Shown piece by piece: positions 43,323 to 55,800 of a stretch of 64,000 nucleotides of DNA; within the stretch, counting starts at the first letter, position 1; each line of letters opens with the position of its first letter. The stretch is from Paraspadella gotoi (lineage: Eukaryota; Animalia; Chaetognatha): positions 4,921,070 to 4,985,069 of the forward strand of contig CM119264.1 of assembly GCA_051294375.1 (NCBI GenBank), given 5' to 3'. A program made the translations under genes and the position numbers. Under the pieces are notes generated by a model. That model saw only the letters and a list, made by a program, of their open reading frames with translations, was not told the DNA's origin and did not search any database.

Positions 43323-44757
43323 CTATATCGTTTGAAATTTTGATTTTAGAATTAATATTTGATACTTTTGTTTTTCACAATTTACACTTTTTTTTCCAAT
43401 CAAGCTACATATTTCACGATCCACCATACACCTATTAGGGAAAAATCATCTCTTTTTTTTTTAAATATTTTTCTTCTTATTTTTTCCTTCTCCACTTTAT
43501 TATTTTTTCTTTGGTGTTAGCGTTATTTCTTTTTTCATTTCTTTATTTCTATCTTTTTTTTTCTCCTTGCCCTTCAGAGGAATCAAACTCAAAAAACGAC
43601 TCGAGTAAAATCCGCCGGAATCGGAATGGAACTCTCTTATTGGTGGAGAGACAAATGGCACTAGCCAATGAGCAGATGGGCTTCCCTTATCTCCGATCCG
43701 ATGGGACTGTATAAATTGGAACCAATTTTGTATTGATTCATTCTGCCTGGAAATTGACACCGTCTTGTTATTGTCTATTTTCTGAGAATACAATTTCACC
43801 TTGATTTCATATCGAAATCCCTGTCCACTTACTTAAATGTGGTGACAAAAGTGAATTCAACTCACCACGTCTCCACCAAGAAGAGCCAAGCCTTACACCA
43901 CCGGAACCACGCCGCCTTTCAAGAAGATGGACAACACCTCCGCCCCAACCGTCCCTCCGACTTGGAAAAAAAAAACTTTAGGTACCTGCACTTGTTAAAG
44001 ATAAACTCTTTCTAATAAAGACAAACAATGAACTTTTTTTCCTAATTACTTCACACTAAACTTTCTTAATTTTTCCATTTTTAACAAATCCTTTCGCCCA
44101 AAACATTGTGAATATTCATGAGAGTCTGGCGACTCAAGTTGACCTTCGGTCATCAAGATAACCTCAGTCACAAAGAATCCTTTTCACCGAACTACCGTGA
44201 GGCCTCGAGCAGATTTTAGTTTAAGACTCATGAAGAAGAGTTTTTTTTTTATTGAAAAGACGGAGTCGAACCAATTTGAAAAGGATTTCTTGATTTCTTT
44301 TTCTTTCTATTTGCGTTTGAAGGAGAGAGAGAGAGAGAGGAGAGAGAGAGACATAAGATTTTTAATCAATTTTGTTCGGCTTGGATTAGAACCGCCTTTT
44401 CGCCGGCCATACTAACTGCCTGATACTATGAGTGATAGTAATCCGGTCACGGTACGCCGTCGAAATTCTCGACAAGGATCACAAAGACAAGTTCAACCCT
44501 AACAATGCAATAACGAAATTTAACGACATTCGGAAAATGACGCCTGTCGGCAAATAATGCCATTCGAGTTAAATGACACGGCCCCCTATAGGTTCTAGCG
44601 CCTTTCCAAAAAGAAATTACTACTCATTACTTATTCAGGACGAATAAAGAAAAAACCGGATGAACGAGAAACAGAAAAGAGAAAAGAGAATAAAGGAATA
44701 AAGGAAAAGTTGAGAGGGGAAGGTGAAGGTATCAATCGGATGACGAGGGTCTTAACA

Positions 44758-44893
<136 letters not shown>

Positions 44894-46275
44894 TAATAGA
44901 GACAAAGAGAGCGAGAGACACAGCTGACAGAAGCATTCCTCTTTTTCGTTTATATACCTACCGTTTTTTTTTTCTTTGAAAGTAGGAAAATTAATAAAAA
45001 AAATTATACCTTTATAGCACTTTTAAGTTTAGTTTACTTTAAAATTTAATTTACTTTAAAAACTGACAAACATTGAGTGAGGAAAGAAATGAAGAAGGAA
45101 AGGTAAAGAATGAAGGAGACCGGAAACCAGCGTCGATCGTTCGATCGAACTCGAAAACAAAAGGTCAACAGTTTCCAATTTCGAACGATGTCGCTCCCGT
45201 CGCTTTTTACTCAGCACGCGGAGGCCACGCGAGAGCAGAGAGCGCAGACTGACTCTTCGCGATTTTGTCATCGTCGTCGACGTAATTTTCTCAGCGTTTG
45301 TCTCCAGGATTCTTGTCAAACCAGACGCAGAAAAATGGAAAATGTTAAGTTGAGTAATTTATTTTAATTTTTATTGCGTCAATCCTTGTTAATTTTTTGG
45401 AAACTATTCAGAAAACGGTGTTCCACGAGAAAATGAAGATATAGTGAAGATTGAATTCCTCCGGTATGAAAAAGAAAGAATTATAATAATAAGACAACAT
45501 TGGTAGGGTTAAAGACTTATATGCTTATATATATCATCCAACTTATGAAGAATGCCCACAAAATTAACTGGTAGATGACAGTCCACACGACCTGGTATCA
45601 CGAGGATATGAGTGCATAAGAAAATCAAGACTATGTCAAACTCATTATCTTCTTTTTTCTAATTTAAATCGTCCTGATCTTAAAAAAAATCTAGACATCG
45701 ATCTAAAATAAGAATCGTTCTTCGATTTCATTTTTCAAACCGGCGAAAAAAAAAAACCGGAGAAACGAGATTAAGTCTTTGACGCAAAGAGACATCAATC
45801 AAAAAAACAATCGCGTCGTTAGTTGAGGCCTTCGGTTTAATTCATACTTTTTCCAATATGTTGTTCATTATTTTTACGTTAGCTAAACAAAGAATTATTT
45901 AATTTCGTACAATTTAAATTCATTGATTTGTTTTCTGGTTTCTCAAATCGAAATGTAATCTCAGGTTGATAACTGCGACACAATCATGAGGACGGTAGAT
46001 AGTCGTATGAATATTTATTCGCTTCTTGGTCAAAAACAATAAAGTATGATCTTAAAATGGGAAAAAATACATAAATTTAGATGATAGAATTGCTGAAGAC
46101 AACACTAAAAACTCTTACATCATAAGAATTGATATTTCAATAATAACGTTTACTCAAATTTTATAACTAATAAATCAACGCAGAAAATGAATAATCTTTT
46201 TGAATCGTTAAATGAAAAGTACATTTTAAATAATTCTTGCAATTAATCTTAAATTTTTGATAAAAAAAAAACTTA

Positions 46276-46750
46276 CCAACAAAAAGTTGCGAGGAAGCCT
46301 TTGAGTAGCTCTTCGGGATGGTGAGGTGTCTACTGAAGATTTCGGGCGGAGGGGGAGAGGACCCCATGAGACCGGAGAGGACACCTTCTCCAGGGGTCTT
46401 CGTTTCGTTGGAGGCTCGAAATTTTCCGAGATATATTCCCCGTCATTCTCCATTCGGTTCTTCTGTCTCAGCCATTGTCGGACTCTAAAAATTATATTTA
46501 CGATCGATGATCTTAAAACAAACCTATTTCTATCTAATTTAAAATGCTAATTATAGTTAAATATTGATACTAAATAAAAATACCCCTGTCAAGACCCACT
46601 CGTGAACCATCGAAAAGTTCGTCGCTCTTCATCGATCCGACCCATGCATCCTCTTCATCATCATCATCATCATCATCATCACCATCGTCGTCAACTTCGT
46701 CGTCGATAAAACGCAAAACGCAAAACTCGTTGATTTCTAAACTGATATCC
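46276..46750 (-). other. Two putative exons of an unidentified gene (acidic Asp tract; MENDGEY...RNFLL)
   Basis: AG/GT-bounded, GC-richer blocks at about 46750-46584 and 46485-46276. The two are out of phase as written and no family is recognised. Confidence 0.3.
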
Positions 46751-47351
46751 TCTAAAAACTAAATTTGCGTTACCTAATTGAACTCGCAAAGTTGAATCGT
46801 TGTGTAGTGCGGGCAGTGGGGGGGGGGAGGAGGATCAAGCAGGTGACTGGGTGAATGCAGTTTTTGTGATCGACACCAACAGTAAAAACGAGAAGTCAAT
46901 TCTCAAGTAGAAAAGATCCTTGTTATTTTTGACAGTTCATTTTAGGCAGTTAACTGATTTCGCAGAAAGCTCTAGGTTTACCATCGTATTCAACAAAAAA
47001 TTAGATGTTTATTAAACGAAAAATACAATGCCAATAGAAAAAGTGTTGAACATATAAATCAAATAATAAAGACATACCTTTTTTTGGGTTCAATTATTCA
47101 GTAATAATTTTTTAAAGAACAATTTGCACATATCACAAAAACATTGGGACATTAAAGAAGTTATTTTTATATAGTGTTCAAATCATATCAGTAATACTGG
47201 ACGAACACAAATACAGAAAAAAATCGAAAAGAATGCATAGTAATGTAAATACTTAAAAAATATGCATCCATAGAATTTTACAAAAGAAATTTCTTCACTG
47301 TATTCAGTATCCATCTTCGCATTCCATAGAGCAAAGTCTTCATTCAAAAAT

Positions 47352-48043
47352 CTACATCCCTGTTTGGAAAACATAAAAAAAAACATGACAACAGTTAATT
47401 AGAGCTTAACGGTTGATCTTATTGTCTAACCTGTATAATCTTTGATGAATTCAATGCAATTACTGTACATAGGACTTTGAAAACAGTTAGACATGCATGA
47501 TGTCTGAATAGTTTTTCCATAACTTCTTCCACAAAATCGGCAAACTTTTAGTTTAGCCTATGAAAGATAAAAGAAAACGGTGAGTCATTATCATAAGTAG
47601 CAGGTTTAATAAATGGTTAAAAAAAATATAAATAATTTATGAAAAATTTGTTTACATTTTTCCTCTTGTTCTTACCTCATACATCAGATCGGATATGTTG
47701 CAAATGTTGGTCGGTGTCCTTTTGTTTTTATCTGTCAAAAGCTCCATGGATTCTTTGTCCAAAGCGCCTTCCGTACCAAAGCTGAACAAAACATCAAATA
47801 ATCAGTCGTGATTTCTTTAAAGTAAATTTTTTTTCTTTTAAAGGTTTTGAATGGGGAAATAATTAGTAACTACTTATGATTAATTTTTTTTTTCAATTCA
47901 AGTGTTCTGCTAAATTTCGGAAAGCTTAAAATGTTTATTACAACTCTAAAAAACTCCAAAGTCAATGTAAACAACTGGAAAGTTAGTGAATTTCAAATGC
48001 TGATGAAGACTCGAACTCAAAGAGTCGAAACATGTCCGTCTAT

Positions 48044-48080
<37 letters not shown>

Positions 48081-48510
48081 CACTTTGTTTTTCTCTAAAT
48101 AAAAACTCTAAATACGAATAGATTTTCGTTCAAATTTCAAAAATTAAAAACTAAATAAAACAAACGTAACTCATATTAAACTATAAAACAAAATAATACA
48201 ATATTAACAACGGATTTTTAAAAAAAACTAAAGAAATTCGTTCAACACATTGTCTTTAATTTTTTACCGACTGGCTTTCTGTTTTGTATTTTGTACCTTA
48301 TTATACAATAAGAATAAAAACACGCATCCATAGTCCAATTTTTTTAATGGCATTAATCTTTTATCGCATCACTCGTCGTCAAATACTAACATATAACTTA
48401 ATCATTTCTTACTCTGAAACGTCGGTAGGAAGCTTCCAAGCGGAAGCCGAGGAAAACGTGAGGCAAAAAGCGAGAAAGATGAAAATCCCATGTTGTTGCA
48501 GAGTGAGCAT
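47352..48510 (-). CDS. CHH/ITP-superfamily neuropeptide precursor
   Basis: In-phase exons 48510-48413, 47781-47676, 47557-47431, 47359-47352. Signal peptide MLTLQQHGIFIFLAFCLTFSSASA, propeptide, KR, then TPTNICNISDLMYEAKLKVCRFCGRSYGKTIQTSCMSNCFQSPMYSNCIEFIKDYTG(M), with C-x13-C-x2-C-x11-C-x3-C-x8-C spacing. Confidence 0.8.
47996..48040 (+). ncRNA. Minimal type I hammerhead ribozyme motif (Penelope-like)
   Basis: ATG-CTGATGA-A-GACTC-gaactcaaa-GAGTC-GAAA-CAT-GTC-CGT: intact core and 3-bp stem I, followed by (AAAT)n. Confidence 0.8.
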
Positions 48511-49099
48511 TTTCGTCAAGTGTCCCTGAGTTAAAGAAATGGTGCAGTTTCATATCGCTTGTTCGTATTCGAGTGTGGAATTACAATAGGAGAACGCGTT
48601 TTTGCAATACACTATTTAACTTTTACGTATAAATGATTTTAATATCATTAGCCAGTATAAATAATTTGTAATTATACGTATGTCTAACTTGTCTATAGTT
48701 CATATTTAAAATGTTCAACTTTTTCGAAACTTCAGAATGTTATATACATTTTTTTGAAAAATGATTTACGCGTAGATGCAAAAATGAAAAAAAATAGCAC
48801 AAAATCATCTTATCTAATTTGTATAATTTATTCCTATTACTATTAGTAATAGTTATTATCTAAAACTTCGTTTTGATTTATTTAATCCGAAAAAAGATGT
48901 GAATGGAGAAAGAAAATAATAATAACATAGCAACGAGAGCATTGTAATTAAGTTTTAAAGTAGTAAAACCTTTTTGAAAAGCTCACTTTTTGTTTTTCCT
49001 CTGGACCGCCTTTTGTTTAAATTTAAATTTTTTCTTCTTTCACTACTTTTGTAATTTTTGTATTTTTTTGTCGCTAGTGAGATTCGTGGCGGCGTAAAA

Positions 49100-49315
49100 A
49101 TCCAAGGCGCGCCTCTCGTCAGCGCCGTTTTTAAGGCGGCGCGGAATCTTATCGCGACGCCGCGCGTTTCTCCCGCGTCGCCGCTCGATTCCTCGACGCC
49201 GCCGCGGCGACGGAACCGATGACGTCAACGGGCGGGCGACGGTCACGTGACCGTGTCGCGTGACGTCGCGTGACGACCCGGATGACGTTCGGGCCAAGGT
49301 CGACGTCTCGGAGGA
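49100..49315. promoter_or_regulatory. CpG-rich promoter-like region with CRE and E-box cluster
   Basis: TGACGTCA at 49220-49227, 16-bp palindrome ACGGTCACGTGACCGT at 49239-49254, and further TGACG half-sites at 49261, 49271 and 49283. Confidence 0.6.
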
Positions 49316-50123
49316 AAAGTGAGTTTGGGGGGGGGGCGGGAGTTGGGGAGGGATATGACCCGATTCATAATCGGGGTCATTCGCGACAGGAAGGAAAGCG
49401 AATGATTGAGCGATGAAAGAGGTAAGGGTAGGTGAGGTCTTGGTGGGCGTGGCCAAATGGAACAAAAAAGAAAAAAAGACGAAAATAAATGAAACTGAAA
49501 GTCGAAGATCGATCATATTATGGCACCAATGACGCGATGGCATGAAACATCGATGGAAAAAATCCTCTAAACATCGTAAAAACGTTTATATTAGCTTAGT
49601 GAGAGACAAAAAAATAATCGATAGAAAAAGAATTAATTAGAAATGAAAAGAAGGAAAAAAAGAGGAAAAGAAAGGGAAGAAAAAAAAGAAAAGAAGAAAA
49701 GAAAACCAACGGAATCAAAGAAAAGCAAAGAAAAGCAAAGAAAAGCAAAGAAAATCAAAGAAAAGCAAAGGATTCAAAAGAAATGGAAGGAAAACTAAAT
49801 TCTAATCTGCGATTTCGTCCGAATTAAAATTCGTGATTTTTCCGACTTCCGGCGCTGATATCGAGAAATCCCGAGGATTTGGAAGAGAAGGCTGCGGCGG
49901 CGGCGACGGTTGCTGCGGAAGCGGCAGCGGCAGCGGCGGCGTAGACGATTAGGGGAATTCGTCCAAAGTCAACACAATTTTTACTCTAAAGTCGATGAGC
50001 ATGAAAGTTGCTAATTGAAAAAAAAAAAAAATTGAAAAGGTTTTAGGCAAGAATGTTTTAGAGATAAGATTATCGGACGCAGCTAAACCGGTGGGGGCGG
50101 AGTCTAATGGACTCTCAAATAAA

Positions 50124-50232
50124 GCCGGTATTGCCGACTTCATTGCCGGTATTGCCGACTTCATTGCCGGTATTGCCGACTTCATTGCCGGTATTGCCGA
50201 CTTCATTGCCGGTATTGCCGACTTCATTGCCG
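50124..50232. repeat. 5 x 21-bp perfect tandem repeat GCCGGTATTGCCGACTTCATT
   Basis: Directly visible. Confidence 0.95.
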
Positions 50233-51875
50233 CCAGTTTTCCTTTCGCTCAATTGTAAACTTTCATATCGAGATAAAAAAATGTTGGGGAAAACTAACGG
50301 TATGGATTTTTGTCCAGGCAAAGCGAAGGCGACTAAGCAAAAGCCTCACCTTTACGCCTTACCGCCTTTTCGGCCAATTGACAAAAAATCGCGCTTGAAA
50401 TTTTGTGTAAATATATAGGTGTCTTCCTACGAATTACAGTTAAAATTGTGCAAAATTTTTAAATATGGTGCCTTCAAGTTTTAAAGCAACTTAAAATATA
50501 AATATTTTTACAAGAATAGCGAGTTTTTTTTTTACCTAAACTTCGGTGGGTTCATCCGCCCACGCCTCCTTCGCCTCCCGTCGCCGTCGCCATCTTTGTT
50601 ATTCTCCAAAACAACGTCCGCCGCCTTCGTCTCTTCTTTTCGGGCGACTGACGTGGCCGCCACGCTTCATTTGCTTTCTTTCATTAGCCAGACGACGACA
50701 AAAACGACGACGATGAGGTAGACGACAATAACGACGACGAAAACGACGACGACGAATACGAACTGAAGACGACAATGACAACGACGATAACTACAAGAAA
50801 AACGTGAAGAAAGACAACAATGACGACCACAAAGACGACAAAAAAGGCGACAAGGACGGCGACGACGAAGACAAAGACGACGATTCTGAATATAACGACG
50901 ATTACGCGGATATATCTAGCGCGGTTCGGCTCAAAAGAACAACTACTTCAACATAATTTCACGACGAAGAAGACGACGATGACAACGACACAACCTAATA
51001 AGGGTGGTACTCGCTTGCTTGCACAGTTCCGCTCAAAATGACGCCGACCAAGAGAGCAACTCCCACAATATAATTTCCCGACGAAGAAGACGACGATGAC
51101 AATGACACAACCAAATAAAGGCGGCGCTCCTTTGCTTAGGCGGTTCCGCTTTCGTTTACACTTCGTTTCGAAGTCAACAGGATGTGACGTCGCGCGTTCG
51201 ATTGGATGCGACACGCCCACCTTTTCTCTCCACCGAAAGCGACTTCTGACGTCGGCCTTTCGCGGTTCCGCTTTTCCGACGCAAGTTGTTGACGAAAAGA
51301 GGAAAAATTGCGTCGAAAAAAAAATGTCGATGAAATTTTCAACTTGACGGATGTGACTCTGTCTTTGGGAATAATGATGATGTTGTTGTTAAGAAAATGG
51401 TGATTTTTTTTGACAGGGAGACAAATTGCGCGATGTTTTGTAATTATAGATTTTTTTGAACTCCATTTAAAAATGTAAGACTGTTAAAACCAGGATTGCT
51501 TCGCGTTCCACGAAACTTCGACCGTACAACTTTGCACCAACTGCTCGCCAATCACAAAACAGAGCCTCTACCTCCCACCCGGCCTTCAACACCCCCTCCA
51601 GACCCACACCTGTCCCCCTTCCAACGCCCACGCGCGCGAAAGAAAAACAAAAAACAATTCCTTTCCATCAAATCGGGCAGAGGGGAAGGGCCAGGGTTAT
51701 TTAAAAATAGAGGTAGCGCTAGCAATCACTTAGAATATAGTTTTTCCAAGTCAAGTAAAAAATAGCAAAAGAGCAACCAAATTTAAGCCGTATTAAATTT
51801 TGGGTCATGTGAATGTGATTGCTTTTTGTGATCACGGTCTCAACTTACTGTGACTTAACTAACTTGATATATATA

Positions 51876-52021
51876 GTCATTCGCCTCCCAACCCAAAGGT
51901 CCGGGGTCTAGCCGGTGGTCGTCTGGCAGTTAAGAGGACGGGGCGCTTAAACCCGCCTGTAACATGGTGTTACAGCCTGATCCGAAGCTCAGGGACTGCT
52001 TATATTGAACGGTTCCTGTCA
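51876..52021. repeat. Structured dispersed repeat family C, copy 2
   Basis: Homologous to 43173-43322. Confidence 0.85.
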
Positions 52022-52702
52022 TTAACACTTATCGATAATTACTGTCTCTTCATTATGTTACATTAATTTCATAACAAATATAAACAAAATTGATGAAGTA
52101 TTAGCCGAGTTATAAGCATTTTTAATGAAAGTAGGACAGACGCGACGGACAGTCAGACAGAGAAACATACGGACCGGACCGACCGAAAAGCGAGTTACAT
52201 CGCGAGTACTGGTTTTCAATGGTTTTCAATCTCAGTCCAGCTGCTGGAATCGATACACTTTATTAACAATAAAAGAAAACGATTTTTAACGATTATTATT
52301 TTCAGGTTTCCCCCGTCGCTAGGAGAAGACGCAGTTTACTTTTTCCCTGGCCCAGTTTTGGCAAGTTGACTTTGTCTGGCACTTTGTGGATTTCTTGTTC
52401 TACTTTGATCGGTGGTTCTTTGACTGTGCGAAGGTGTTGGGTTCGAGGGGGGAAGGGGGTTAGAGATGTTGAGACGGGTAGCAGGGTGTGAGGGGGTCAA
52501 AGTGGGGGAGGAAGGGAGTAGGGTCAAAATAGGCAGTGGTGGAGAGAGGCGGCAGGGGTGCGAAAAGAAAGGGCGGGGATCATGGTGACGGAAGATATAC
52601 AATACGGCCCCTGAGATAGCCATCTCGCAATCCGCCATGAAAAAAAAAGGCATAAATTTATTCGTTGAAAGAAAAATGGTCCATAGTTTTCATGTCACTT
52701 AC

Positions 52703-52756
52703 GACTTCCGGTTGTGAGACGCTTACCTGCAGACGCCGACTGAGATTTAGAGAGAG

Positions 52757-52844
<88 letters not shown>

Positions 52845-55800
52845 TGTGAGTGAGTGATGAGTGAGAGTGATATAAGTAAAGTGACAGTGAGCGTACTGTT
52901 AGTAGAAGTTAAATAATGATAAAATACAGAAGAAATAAACAATAATGGCTAATAGCGGTAAAAATGTAAGGCGAAAGGCATTTAAAAAGATAATAAACAA
53001 ACCTGAAAGTAAAACGAGAGGCTCAGATCGAACTTATTCAGATCTGACGATCCAAACTCACCGCGTGTGAGATGATAGGAAGCCTCGCCTCGTCGAAGCG
53101 AACGCGGCGGACTCGCCAATATCCTTTGTCGACGACGTATTGCGAATTGAGGCGAATCGCGTCCATGTTGTAGTAGTTGCAATTGCGAGGTAGAAGAGGT
53201 TGCGCCTAGGAGATAATCATTATCATCGTCGTCATCATAATCATCATCTTCATCATCATTATCATTATATATTATTATTATTTTATTATTATTCTTCAAC
53301 CATAAAGGACGATATCAAAAAAAAAAGCAACGAGAAAACTTAATAATAACTGTAATCGCACAATAACAAAAGCAACAATATCATTATCATCGTCGTCATC
53401 ATAATCATCATCTTATCATCATATCATATTATTATTATTTGTTCATTATTATTCTTCAACATAACAAGGACGATACAAAACAGCAACGAGAAAACTTATA
53501 ATAACTGTAATCGCTACAATAACAAAAGCAACAATAATCATTATCATCGTCGTCATCATAATCATCATCTTCATCATCATTATTCATATATTATTATTAT
53601 TTTATTATTCTTCAACAATAACAAGGACGATATCAAAAACAAAAGCAACGAGAAAACTTTAATAACTGTAATCGCTACAATAACAAACAGCAACAACTAA
53701 CAACAACAACAACAACAACAACAACGACGTCGCCAACCGACCTTCCACAAAATCGACTCCAGAAGAAGATTCTCCTTCTGGAGCTGACGAATCGTTTCTA
53801 TCAATCTTCTCCTCCTGAAATAATAAAATGATTCCCTCATCAAAATCGACTCTAGAAGAAGATTCTCCTTCTGGAGCTGAACGAATCGTTTCTATCAAAT
53901 CTTCTCCTCCTGAAATAATAAAATGATTCCCCTCATCAAAATCGACTCAGAAGAAGATTCTCCTTCTGGAGCTGACGAATCGTTTCTATAAAATCTTCTC
54001 TCTCCTGAAATAATAAAATTGATTCCCCTCATCAAAATCGACTCTAGAAGAAGATTCTCCTTCTGGAGCTGACGAATCGTTTCTATCAAATCTTCTCTCT
54101 CCTGAAATAATAAAATTGATTCCCCTCATCAAAATCGACTCTAGAAGAAGATTCTCCTTCTGGAGCTGACGAATCGTTTCTTCATAATCTTCTGCTCTCC
54201 TGAAAATAATAAAATTGATTCCCCTCATCATTTTTCAAATTATATAAATTACTAAAAAGATAAAGGGGCAACAACAACGACCTGCTCGAATTCTGCCTGG
54301 AGGTCGTCCTGCTCTTGTCTCGCCATTTGAAGATCCGTCAACAGTTTGTCAACGTGCTCCCTTTTAAGATTTTATGTTTTATATCATATACTAATGATAG
54401 TAATAATAACTAAACATTTAAAAAAAAAACAATAAAATTCCAATTATTTTATCATCATTATTATCATAATCCATAATATGAATTATGGTATTATTACGAC
54501 AACAAATACCATATCAGGCAGAGGTTCCGTTTACTTGGTGAGTTGATTCTCTTTGGCCAAATTCATGAAGGTGTTGACGATGGCCTTGTCGTCCCCCTTG
54601 TTGAGAGCCTTCAGCATTTGCTTGTGATAAACTTCGCTCTCTTCCTTCATCTTTAACATTTTCTGACTGAAATCAGCGAGGATCAAGAAACGGGCAAAGG
54701 GAATGACAAAGTGAGTCAGCGTCTGTGATGAAAGCTGCTATGTTATCATTCTGTAAGAGGGATTGATGCCTGAGGATCAAGAAACGGGCAAAGGGAATGA
54801 CAAAGTGAGTCAGCGTCTTGATTGAAAGCTGCTATGTTATCATTCTGTAAGAGGGATTGATGCCTCAACCCACATAAGTCTGTTCGAAATCAGGGGCAAG
54901 AAAGCTTATTTATTGAATGAGTGGATAATTTTTATATTTGTTTTAACAATTTCATAACATGAATCAGTGAAGGTGAGAACAATATTGAAAAAAAAGACGA
55001 CGACGACGACGATTATGAAATTTTGCAGAATGACAAACAATGACAAACAATGACAATGACAGACTGACATGGCGGCGTCGTCATCCTTCTTTTCTCCGCC
55101 GACGAATTTGGATTCCATATCTTTGATGTCCGCTTGCATCTTCGCTTCCATCTGCTTCAACTTTTGCTTGTATTCTTCTTCAAGCTGCTTGTCGACCGGC
55201 GCCTCCTTGGAAGCCGCCGTCGTCGTCGTCGAAGTCGTCGGCGGACCTGGAGGTTGGAAAAGATCGAGGATTCTCTCTTTGTAAAAACTAAGACGACCAC
55301 AACCACAACAACAATATAACAATTATACAATAACATGGAATAAAGAACAGGACCTCAAAGTTTATCTCCACTTTATTAGGAAGAACAACCACTACTAAGG
55401 AAGGCCATCAGACTTTGTCAACCTTCTGCGCCGATTCCCGGTTTGACCTCGGCTCCTTTCTTTCCCTTATTCACGTCCGTACCACTCATGGAGATCGTTT
55501 CGGCTGAAAGGAATTCATTATTTATGAAAATTATATTTTAATAAAAAATTATTCGAATTTAACTGATTGATAGTCTTTTCAATTGCTCCAATATGCAAAT
55601 AAGATTAAAAAACTCATTTCAATGTTAAATAAATCAGCCAAATATCATATCATATCTTATATCATGTATCTTATCTATCATTCGCGTTTTAGAAATAGAC
55701 ATCTCAATTATAACAGGCTCAAAAAATAACTGGTTACAGTTGTCACCCCGGACATCACCCCGCTCGTTCACTCACCTCACGCTCGCGCACAACAAACGCC

